DNA of 33,956 nt from Actinomycetes bacterium (GTDB lineage: Bacteria > Actinomycetota > Acidimicrobiia > Spongiisociales > UBA5794): contig JAHEEL010000001.1 of assembly GCA_024640745.1 (NCBI GenBank), positions 1 through 33,956 of the forward strand, in the 5' to 3' direction. Positions 7,606 to 15,067 of the stretch are shown here, in pieces. A program made the translations under genes and the position numbers. The notes under the pieces are model-generated. The model did not search any database and was not told the origin of the DNA. It was given only the letters and a program-made list of their open reading frames with translations. Within the stretch, counting starts at the first letter, position 1. Each line of letters starts with the position of its first letter.

Positions 7606-9801
7606 GTGAGCGAGTCCACAGCCGCCCCGTCGCCGGAGCCCTCCGGAAGCCTTCGTCGATCGCTGGGCCTCTATGCGGTGCTGACCATCTCGATCGGCGC
7701 CATGATCGGTTCGGGCATCTTCGTGCTGCCCGGCCTTGCGTTCAAGATCGCCGGACCCTCAGTCGTCCTGGCGTTCTTCCTGGCCGGCATCGTCGTGTTG
7801 CCCGCGGCGCTTTCGAAGGCAGAAATGGCCACGGCGATGCCCCAGGCCGGCGGCACCTACCTGTACATCGATCGAGCGATGGGGCCCCTGATGGGGACCA
7901 TCGCCGGCTTTGGGGTGTGGTTCTCGCTCGTGTTCAAAGCATCGTTCGCCCTGGTCGGGCTCTCCGCATACCTCGAGTACTTCGTGCCCCATCCCGAACG
8001 ACCGGTTGCTGCTCTGCTTGCGCTCGTAATGATCGGAGTGAATCTGGTCGGCGTGAAGCAATCTGCCAGATTCCAGATCGTGGTGGTCTCAGGCGTAATC
8101 ATCGTTCTGATCGCATTCGTGGCAATCGGGTTACCGCGTGTCGAGTCGTCGGCCTTCGACCCATTCCTTGCCCATGGCATTCGAGGTCTGCTATCGGCCA
8201 CCGCCGTCGTCTTCGTGTCGTACGCCGGTGTCACGAAGGTGGCCTCGATCGCAGAAGAGGTTCGACGACCTGAGCGCACCATTCCGCGCGGGATGCTGAT
8301 CTCCGTCGGCTTCATGATGCTGCTCTACCCCGCCATCGTGGCCGTGATCGCAGGGGTCGCTCCCGCCGAAGAGCTCGCCACCACCGAAACGCCGATGACG
8401 CTCGCAGCGGAGCAATTCCTCAGCCCGATCGGTGTGGCGCTCACCGCAGGGGTAGCGGTCATCGCCCTGCTGTCCATGACCAACGCCGGGATCATTGCGT
8501 CCTCGCGGTACCCGTTCGCGATGGCTCGCAACTCCCTCGCCCCTCATCAATTTGCAGCAGTCGGACGCCGATCGGGCGGACCAATCATCAGCATCGCCGT
8601 CACCGGTTGTGTTCTCCTCGCGCTCGTCCTCTTCGTCCCACTGATCGAGCTTGCGAAGCTTGCCTCTGCGTTCCAGCTCCTGGTGTTTGCTCTCATCAAT
8701 CTCGCCTTGATCGCATTTCGAGAAGCTCACCTGGACTGGTATTCGCCTGTGTTCAGATCACCCCTGTATCCGGTCACCCAGATCTTCGGGATCGGCTCGG
8801 CGCTCTTGCTCCTCACACAGATGGGAACGATCCCGCTGCTCGGTGCCTTGCTCTTCGTCGTCGCAGGGGCGGTCTGGTATCGGGTCTTCGGCGGGTCGCG
8901 AGCGCCAAAAGATTCGGCGACTCGTGATGCGCTGCGCATGCGAGAGAATGCTCGCCTGGTACAGACCAGCGCGTCGGCCGTCGCCGCCGGCGGGCGCAGG
9001 CACATTCTGGTGCTCGTTCGGCGTCCGACCCGGCCCAGCCGACAGCACACGCTCTTCCGACTGGCATTGCGCCTTGCAGCATCGCCCGGCGGTCGAATCC
9101 ACGTGATCAACTTCGACGCAAGGACTCGGCGGATGATCCCCACCGACGACGATCGAGCCCGGGCCCGAATGCTCGGGATCGAGGTCACAGCCGAGCAGTA
9201 CACGGACGAGGATCGGCGTGGCATGGTCCACGCCTTCGTCGAACGGGAAGGTGTCGACCTCTTCATCGCCGATCTGCCGCAGGAGCTGCGCGCAACCCGC
9301 CATGTCAATCGCGACTTGCGGTGGCTGCGCGAGCACCTCACCTGCGACTCGGTGTTCCTCCGCAACCGCGAGGTCGAGCAGATCGACCGCATCGCAATCC
9401 TCGGAACGGGTGGACCCTACGACCCGGTGAAGATCGAGATGGCCGATCACATTGCGCGCTACGAACACGCCGAGATTCGCTTCGTGCACCTGACACCCGT
9501 CGACACACCGCCGGCTCAAGCCGATTCCATCCACCGATACCACGGTGAGCTCGGCGAGACGCTCACGGTCCCGTGGGACGACCGGGTCCAACCCGCGGAG
9601 CACCTCATCGAGACGCTCACGGGTCTCTCCCGCGGCGCGAATCTCGTCATCCTGGGAGCCCCGACGCACCGATTCCACGTCGTAACGGATCTCGCCGACA
9701 GCATCGCCGAAGCGGTCGATTGCCCCGCTTTGCTCATCCACACACCAACCCTGGAGAAACCCGGCATCGTCAAACGATCGGTCCAGTGGTTGATCGAGTG
9801 A
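7606..9801 (+). CDS. APC-superfamily amino acid permease fused to C-terminal tandem USP-like domains
   Basis: GTG start. About 440 aa of polytopic permease (GAMIGSGIFVLPG motif), then about 280 aa of soluble region with two USP-like repeats (HILVLVRRP...; RIAILGTGGPYD...LVILGAP). Confidence 0.75.
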   Translation: MSESTAAPSPEPSGSLRRSLGLYAVLTISIGAMIGSGIFVLPGLAFKIAGPSVVLAFFLAGIVVLPAALSKAEMATAMPQAGGTYLYIDRAMGPLMGTIAGFGVWFSLVFKASFALVGLSAYLEYFVPHPERPVAALLALVMIGVNLVGVKQSARFQIVVVSGVIIVLIAFVAIGLPRVESSAFDPFLAHGIRGLLSATAVVFVSYAGVTKVASIAEEVRRPERTIPRGMLISVGFMMLLYPAIVAVIAGVAPAEELATTETPMTLAAEQFLSPIGVALTAGVAVIALLSMTNAGIIASSRYPFAMARNSLAPHQFAAVGRRSGGPIISIAVTGCVLLALVLFVPLIELAKLASAFQLLVFALINLALIAFREAHLDWYSPVFRSPLYPVTQIFGIGSALLLLTQMGTIPLLGALLFVVAGAVWYRVFGGSRAPKDSATRDALRMRENARLVQTSASAVAAGGRRHILVLVRRPTRPSRQHTLFRLALRLAASPGGRIHVINFDARTRRMIPTDDDRARARMLGIEVTAEQYTDEDRRGMVHAFVEREGVDLFIADLPQELRATRHVNRDLRWLREHLTCDSVFLRNREVEQIDRIAILGTGGPYDPVKIEMADHIARYEHAEIRFVHLTPVDTPPAQADSIHRYHGELGETLTVPWDDRVQPAEHLIETLTGLSRGANLVILGAPTHRFHVVTDLADSIAEAVDCPALLIHTPTLEKPGIVKRSVQWLIE

Positions 9802-9853
9802 GCAGCCTCGGCCGCACCCGGCCCGGCCCAGAGCCGATCCGCTCGCGCCGGGG

Positions 9854-11044
9854 TCAGTCGGCGGCGGCCCTCCAGGCTTCCCGCATCTTCACCCTGCCGC
9901 CGGTACGCAGGAGGGCCCCGGCGTAGACACGCGATCCGATCCACACCAGCGCCACAACGGCTGCCACCGTCCCGACTACCGCCACGGCGATCTCCCACGG
10001 GGCGGCCGCTCCGTCCGCAATGCGTACCGGCATCACGAACGGGGCCCACGGCGGCAACATCGATGCAACCGTCGGAACGAGGCCGTCGGGGGACTCGGCT
10101 GCGATCAGGGCGATGAAGTACCCGGGGAGGATCAGCGCAATCGGGAGCATCATCGCACCTTGGAGATCCTCCTGGCGAGAGACCGTCGAACCCACGGCCG
10201 CATAGAGGAAGGCATAGAACGCGTAGCCGAGGACGAACCAGAACACCACACCGGCGATGATCGGCAGCCCGATCGCAGCGAGGTCGATGTCGCCGAGATC
10301 CGCCATCTGTGCCGATACATACGCAGCCCCGGCCAACAAGAGCAGTTGCACCAGTCCGAGGGCGCCGATGCCGATGACCTTTCCGACGAGGACCTGCCAG
10401 GGTCGAACCCGGGCGAGGACAACCTCGACGACCCGGTTCTGTTTCTCCTCCACGGTTCCCATTGCCACGAACTGGCCGAACATGAGGATCGAGATGTAGA
10501 GCGCGATGGTCCCGACGAACGCACCAACGCGTTTGGCATCCTCCTCCGGATCACCCTCCTCCAGCGTGACGACGTCGTACGGCACGGGTGCGATGATCTC
10601 CGTGACTTGGTCGGCCGAGAGTCCCAGGCTCGCAAGCGTTGCAGACTTGACAGCATTGGTGAGCGCTCCGCCGACAAGCGCCAGGAGTCTCGAGGACACG
10701 TCGGTGTGGAAGACGATCTCGTCCCCATCGACGAGTGCCACTGCCACGTCGCCATCGGTGACGGCCTGCTCGGCAGCGACTCCATCGGGGAATCGCACGA
10801 TCGAGATGTCGATCTCGAGCACCGCCGCCTGGTCGGACAGGGCCCGGTCGATTCCGGGTGGCTCTTCCCCGGCAATACCGATCCTTGTTGCCTCCGCTTC
10901 ACCACCGGCAAGGAGGCTCACGATCGGACCTACGGCGAGAATCGCCAGCACGAGCAATCCCATGGTGACCAGGAACGGCTTGCTGGTCGCCCGCGTCGCA
11001 AATTCTCTCTTCGCCAGAATGGCAACCTGGCGCCACCGGTTCAT
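9854..11044 (-). CDS. ABC-2 type transporter permease (NatB-like)
   Basis: N-terminal TM, a large extracytoplasmic loop, then 5 C-terminal TMs. Its start overlaps the stop of the upstream ATPase gene by 4 nt. Confidence 0.7.
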   Translation of the reverse strand: MNRWRQVAILAKREFATRATSKPFLVTMGLLVLAILAVGPIVSLLAGGEAEATRIGIAGEEPPGIDRALSDQAAVLEIDISIVRFPDGVAAEQAVTDGDVAVALVDGDEIVFHTDVSSRLLALVGGALTNAVKSATLASLGLSADQVTEIIAPVPYDVVTLEEGDPEEDAKRVGAFVGTIALYISILMFGQFVAMGTVEEKQNRVVEVVLARVRPWQVLVGKVIGIGALGLVQLLLLAGAAYVSAQMADLGDIDLAAIGLPIIAGVVFWFVLGYAFYAFLYAAVGSTVSRQEDLQGAMMLPIALILPGYFIALIAAESPDGLVPTVASMLPPWAPFVMPVRIADGAAAPWEIAVAVVGTVAAVVALVWIGSRVYAGALLRTGGRVKMREAWRAAAD

Positions 11045-11922
11045 GATTCCACCGCCTCACGGAAGAGATCGGTGAGCCTCGGCGGCTCGAACATGAAGGT
11101 GTTCACCGTCCCCACGGCGCCGGCCGCCGCAAGCAGATCGCCGATTGGAGCGTCACCGTCGACGATGCAGTGCGACCGCCCCTGGGCATCGACCACCGTG
11201 GCGTCGGCCCCGGGTGGAACCCACGGTTGCCCGTCCACGTCGATCGTCAAACGTCGTTTCGATGAGCGGTTCCTGATGTCGTCGAGCGATCCGCTCAGCA
11301 CGACTCGGCCCTCGTTGATGATCGCGACGTCCTCGCACACGTCTTCGACCAGATCGAGTTGATGGCTCGAGAACACGATCGTCACTCCGCCCGACGCGAG
11401 ATTTCGCAGCGTTCCGGTCAGCGAGGCAACGCCCAGCGGATCCAAACCCGCAAACGGCTCGTCGAGGATCAGGAGCTCGGGGTTCGGTGCGAGGGCTGTC
11501 GCAAGCTGGACGCGCTGCTGGTTTCCGTGCGAGAGGTCTTCGAGCTTGGCAGATCCGCGGTCCGCCAAACCGAGTGCGCCAAGCCAGTGGTCGACCGCTT
11601 CGGTTGCCTCCTGCCTGCTGAGCCCCGACAGCCGTGAGAAGTGAATGAGCTGATCCCGGATCTTCATCTTTGGATAGAGACCGCGTTCCTCCGGCATATA
11701 CCCGAACCGGAGCCGCTCCTCCGGGCCGACCGCGCCGCCATTCCAGGACACACTCCCGGAATCGGGACGAACGAGTCCGAATACGACCCGCATGGCGGTC
11801 GTCTTGCCTGCGCCGTTCGGTCCGAGAAACCCGAGGATCCGGCCGCGCTCAACAGTGAACCCAGCCCCGTCGAGGGCGACGACATCGCCATACCGCTTCT
11901 TGAGGTCGACGAGCTGCAGCAT
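11041..11922 (-). CDS. ABC transporter ATP-binding protein (NatA-like)
   Basis: Walker A GPNGAGKTT, signature LSHGNQQR, Walker B LLILDEP. ATG at 11922 is preceded by GGAGGG. The ORF-track start at 11982 is rejected. Confidence 0.9.
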   Translation of the reverse strand: MLQLVDLKKRYGDVVALDGAGFTVERGRILGFLGPNGAGKTTAMRVVFGLVRPDSGSVSWNGGAVGPEERLRFGYMPEERGLYPKMKIRDQLIHFSRLSGLSRQEATEAVDHWLGALGLADRGSAKLEDLSHGNQQRVQLATALAPNPELLILDEPFAGLDPLGVASLTGTLRNLASGGVTIVFSSHQLDLVEDVCEDVAIINEGRVVLSGSLDDIRNRSSKRRLTIDVDGQPWVPPGADATVVDAQGRSHCIVDGDAPIGDLLAAAGAVGTVNTFMFEPPRLTDLFREAVES

Positions 11923-12036
11923 CCAGGTCCCTCCAGAGAGAGCATTCTGCCGGTGTGGGTCGCTCGACCCAAATCCCGGCAATTGAGGGAATTCCTAAAG
12001 AACGCATCGCAGAACCGCCGATGTAGAAAGGGAACC

Positions 12037-12104
12037 GGTGGGACGGCCGGCGGGGTAAGTAGTACCCATGCGGGATGATCCAACCAAGACCGCATCGGTC
12101 CACC
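12037..12104 (-). other. Candidate structured leader (three-way-junction-like nested inverted repeats) upstream of the NatAB-like operon
   Basis: Outer stem GGTGGGAC (12037..12044) / GTCCACC (12098..12104). Inner hairpins GGGTA (12053..12057) / TACCC (12063..12067) and ATGCGG (12068..12073) / CCGCAT (12090..12095). Confidence 0.25.
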
Positions 12105-12175
12105 TCACGAGGTTCAGGGAGCCCCTGCTTTGGCGGGGGCTTCGCCTTTGGCCCATACCCTGCTTCGCAGATGAC

Positions 12176-12210
12176 GCAAGAGCAGAGACTGAAGACACGA
12201 GGCACGAGAC
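12176..12210 (-). repeat. Heptanucleotide tandem array (minus strand: GTCTCGT GCCTCGT GTCTTCA GTCTCTG CTCTTGC)
   Basis: Five consecutive 7-nt units read directly from the sequence. The array starts 31 nt downstream of the histidine kinase stop codon and is in the sense orientation. Confidence 0.6.
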
Positions 12211-12240
12211 CGGCAGCCGGAATGCCGGACCCCTCTTCGG

Positions 12241-13542
12241 CTAGCCCCTGATGGATTGCGGCAGCCGCACCACGACTCTCGCACCGCCAAGGTCACCGGG
12301 ATCGGCGAGGTCGAGCGTCCCACCCGAGGCCTCGGCAATGCGCCGCACGATGTCGAGCCCAAGTCCCGTGGAGTCGACGGTCGACGCTCCACGCTCCACG
12401 GCATCGGGTTGATCGATGCCGGCGCCGCCGTCTTCGACTTCCAGGATGAGGCCGTCGTTCTCCGCTGCGGCAAGTCGCACCGCGAGCGGCGCCCGCTCAT
12501 CGGTGTGGGCGAACACGTTCTCCAACAGCGCATCGATCATTGCCGCCGCATCGACCCGGGGAACGTCGACCCAGCCGCTCTTACCACCAACCGACACCGA
12601 AACCGCGAATGAGCGCCCTTGCTCGTCGCTCAGCGCCGACCAGTAGCGAGCCCGATCCTCGACCACCTCGGTGAGGTTGCATCCGGGATCGACCTCCGTA
12701 CGCACCGGCCTCCGACCTTCCCCGATGATGAAGTTGGCCGTCCGCTCGAGGTCGTCGAGGTCGTCGACGATCCGGTCGGTCGCGCGTCCCGGGGGAAGCG
12801 CCTCGGCATCCAATTTCGCCGCCGTCAGGGGTGTTCTGAGCCGATGTGCGAGATCGGCCGCCGTCTCTCGCTCCTCTCTCAACAGGTGCTCGACCTGCTC
12901 CGCAAGGAGGTTGAATTCTGCACCCACCTCCTCTATCTCCGGCGGGCCCCCTGGTACGACCCGCGCGCTGAAATCCCCCGCCTTCAGCCGGGCAGCCGCG
13001 TCCGAGAGCTCACGGACCGGACGCACGATCGAGCGGCCGAAGCGGTCCGCCGCAAGAATGGACAACCCAACCAGCACGATGCCGAGCCCACCGAGGATCA
13101 GCCACGAGCGCCAAACGCCACGCGTCAGCTCTTCCGAGGGGGCAACCACTCGAACGACCGTGAGCTCGCCGTCTGCCCGGGCAACCGGGACGTAGACGGC
13201 TTCGCCGTCGGGCACGGAGGAGCGGAAGGCGGTTCCGGATCGTGCCGCCTCGAGGTCCTCTCCCTGCGGAACCTCAAGACCCGCGACCCTTCCGTCGGGG
13301 AAGATCAGAGTTGCACCGAGCTCGACGAGGCGCGGCTCCCCGATTGCCCCGACGACGGCATCACTCGACGTCGAAGGGCCGATGACGGCGACCAGGCGGG
13401 CGACGCTTTCGGCGTCTCGTTCGGCACGCGTGACGGCGCGGTCGAAGGCAAGCGCGCTGACCATGATCCCGAGCGGCACGAGAAATGCAATGACCACCAT
13501 CGAGGTCACCCCGGCCGTCACGAGGATCAGGCTCCGCCTCAC
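12241..13542 (-). CDS. Sensor histidine kinase (TM-sensor-TM-HAMP-HisKA-HATPase_c)
   Basis: H-box LAHRLRTPLTA, N-box LLENVFAHT, G1 VEDGGAGI, G2 GLGLDIVRRIA. 4-nt overlap with the response regulator gene upstream. Confidence 0.9.
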   Translation of the reverse strand: MRRSLILVTAGVTSMVVIAFLVPLGIMVSALAFDRAVTRAERDAESVARLVAVIGPSTSSDAVVGAIGEPRLVELGATLIFPDGRVAGLEVPQGEDLEAARSGTAFRSSVPDGEAVYVPVARADGELTVVRVVAPSEELTRGVWRSWLILGGLGIVLVGLSILAADRFGRSIVRPVRELSDAAARLKAGDFSARVVPGGPPEIEEVGAEFNLLAEQVEHLLREERETAADLAHRLRTPLTAAKLDAEALPPGRATDRIVDDLDDLERTANFIIGEGRRPVRTEVDPGCNLTEVVEDRARYWSALSDEQGRSFAVSVSVGGKSGWVDVPRVDAAAMIDALLENVFAHTDERAPLAVRLAAAENDGLILEVEDGGAGIDQPDAVERGASTVDSTGLGLDIVRRIAEASGGTLDLADPGDLGGARVVVRLPQSIRG

Positions 13543-14264
13543 GAGCCCGGGTCGACCAGCCGCACCCCAACCCCGCGCTGCGTGCGGATGTATCGGGGCT
13601 CGGCGGCCGTCTCACCCAGCTTCTTGCGCAGCCACGAGAGATGGACGTCAACTGTCTTGTCGGCACCGCCGTAGGGTTGGTGCCACACCTCCGCGAGCAG
13701 CTGACGTTTGCTCACCATGCTCCCCGGGCGTTCGGCGAGGTACGCCAACAACTCGAACTCGCGGGCGGTGAGTTCGAGTGGCCGATCCTCGAATCGGGCC
13801 TCCCGTGCATCGAGGTCGATGGTCAGGTCGCCGACGACCAGCGTTCGCTGTTCCGGATCCGAGCTGGAACGGCGGAGAACGGCGCGCACACGAGCCTCGA
13901 GGTGTTCGGCAGAGTACGGCTTGACCACGTAGTCATCGGCCCCAGCGTTGAGCAGTCGCACGATTTCGGCCTCGTCGTCTCTGGCTGTTGCTACGACCAC
14001 CGGCACGTCGGTGACCGAGCGGATCATGCGAAGCGCCTCCGCCCCATCGAGATCCGGAAGACCGAGATCGAGGACGACCACATCGAAGGTTCCCGATACC
14101 GCTGCTTCGACTCCGGACATGGCTGTTCCCACGGCATCGACTTGGTGGCCGCGCTCGGCGAGGCGGCTCGAGAGGGACTGTCGAATCCGCTGGTCGTCCT
14201 CAACGATCAGGATGGCTGGCACGCCGCCACGATACCGGCGGGTTCGGCCTCGGACCGCCGTCAT
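13539..14264 (-). CDS. OmpR/PhoB-family response regulator
   Basis: Receiver motifs ILIVEDD and VVVLDLGLPDLDG. Winged-helix C-terminus (KTVDVHLSWLRKKL). The start could instead be the GTG at 14222. Confidence 0.9.
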   Translation of the reverse strand: MTAVRGRTRRYRGGVPAILIVEDDQRIRQSLSSRLAERGHQVDAVGTAMSGVEAAVSGTFDVVVLDLGLPDLDGAEALRMIRSVTDVPVVVATARDDEAEIVRLLNAGADDYVVKPYSAEHLEARVRAVLRRSSSDPEQRTLVVGDLTIDLDAREARFEDRPLELTAREFELLAYLAERPGSMVSKRQLLAEVWHQPYGGADKTVDVHLSWLRKKLGETAAEPRYIRTQRGVGVRLVDPGS

Positions 14265-14280
14265 CGCGGATTTGTTGTGC

Positions 14281-14296
14281 CGTTAGCCGAGCGTTA
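14281..14296. promoter_or_regulatory. Direct repeat CGTTA-N6-CGTTA (11-bp phasing) in the divergent promoter region
   Basis: CGTTAGCCGAGCGTTA was read from the sequence between the response regulator operon start and the Thr-rich protein gene. OmpR-family regulators typically bind direct repeats with about one helical turn of spacing. Confidence 0.2.
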
Positions 14297-14331
14297 ACCG
14301 TGGAGCGACGGCGTGGCACCATCATGGGGCT

Positions 14332-14922
14332 GTGCGACGTATGACGTATGCCCTGCTGTGGCTCGTGGTGACGGCTGCCGCGGTCTTTGTCGCGGCCGCG
14401 GCCGTCGGGAGCGTGCGCGACCAGGTCACCGATGCGCCGACGGCAATGGCGCCAACAACGACTGCAACGACCACCACCGTTGCACCGAAGATCGACACCG
14501 ATCCTACGGGGGCCGGTACTTCGACGACGACTGCGGCTTCACCGTTCACCTCACCCACCACCACGACCACCACAACCACACCGGCGGTGACCACGACACG
14601 GCCGACGGTCCCGGCATCGACTACCACGAGCACCACCACGACCGCCACGACATCGCCGGCGGTCGAGATCCGTACGTACGATCTGGTCGGCGGGTCTGTC
14701 ACGGTGGAGATCGGCAGCTCGGAGGTCTACCTGGCCGGCGCGTCACCAAAGGCGGGGTTTCGGATGGAGGTCGAGGACAACGGTCCCGACAAGGTGCAAG
14801 TCGAGTTCAAGAGCGACGACCACGAGTCCCACTTCTCGGGCAAATTCGAGGATGGCCGCTTCATCCCCGAGATCGAGGAGAACGGCCGCGACGGCGACGG
14901 CGACGGCGACGGCGACGATTGA
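14332..14922 (+). CDS. Hypothetical membrane-anchored/secreted Thr-rich protein
   Basis: GTG at 14332 or ATG at 14341. An N-terminal hydrophobic anchor (ALLWLVVTAAAVFVAAAAV), a Thr/Pro-rich linker, a small beta-rich domain, and a GDGDGDGDD tail encoded by (GACGGC)4 at 14890..14913. Confidence 0.55.
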   Translation: MRRMTYALLWLVVTAAAVFVAAAAVGSVRDQVTDAPTAMAPTTTATTTTVAPKIDTDPTGAGTSTTTAASPFTSPTTTTTTTTPAVTTTRPTVPASTTTSTTTTATTSPAVEIRTYDLVGGSVTVEIGSSEVYLAGASPKAGFRMEVEDNGPDKVQVEFKSDDHESHFSGKFEDGRFIPEIEENGRDGDGDGDGDD

Positions 14923-14975
14923 GTCGATCAGCTGCGGCCGAGGAGCGGAGTCGCTGAGGAGTGGGCCCGAACGAA

Positions 14976-15039
14976 GACGGAGGAAACGAGACCTCATCCA
15001 CCGTCTCCGATCTAGCGTCTCTCGTCTCGTGTCTCCGTC
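14976..15039 (+). repeat. Hairpin-embedded heptanucleotide array (GTCTCCG ATCTAGC GTCTCTC GTCTCGT GTCTCCG at 15003..15037)
   Basis: The left arm, GACGGAG (14976..14982) plus ACGAGAC (14986..14992), pairs with GTCTCGT (15024..15030) plus CTCCGTC (15033..15039). 31-nt loop. Located between convergent genes. Confidence 0.5.
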
Positions 15040-15067
15040 GGCGCCGGCGACAAGCGACCACCAGGTC

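Noticed and set aside
11923-12240. tRNA or other known small RNA gene in the long intergenic gap
   Set aside because: I found no cloverleaf-compatible arms or a GTTCGAATC-type T-loop, and I do not recognise any Rfam-class consensus by eye. It is kept only as an unclassified structured-leader candidate.
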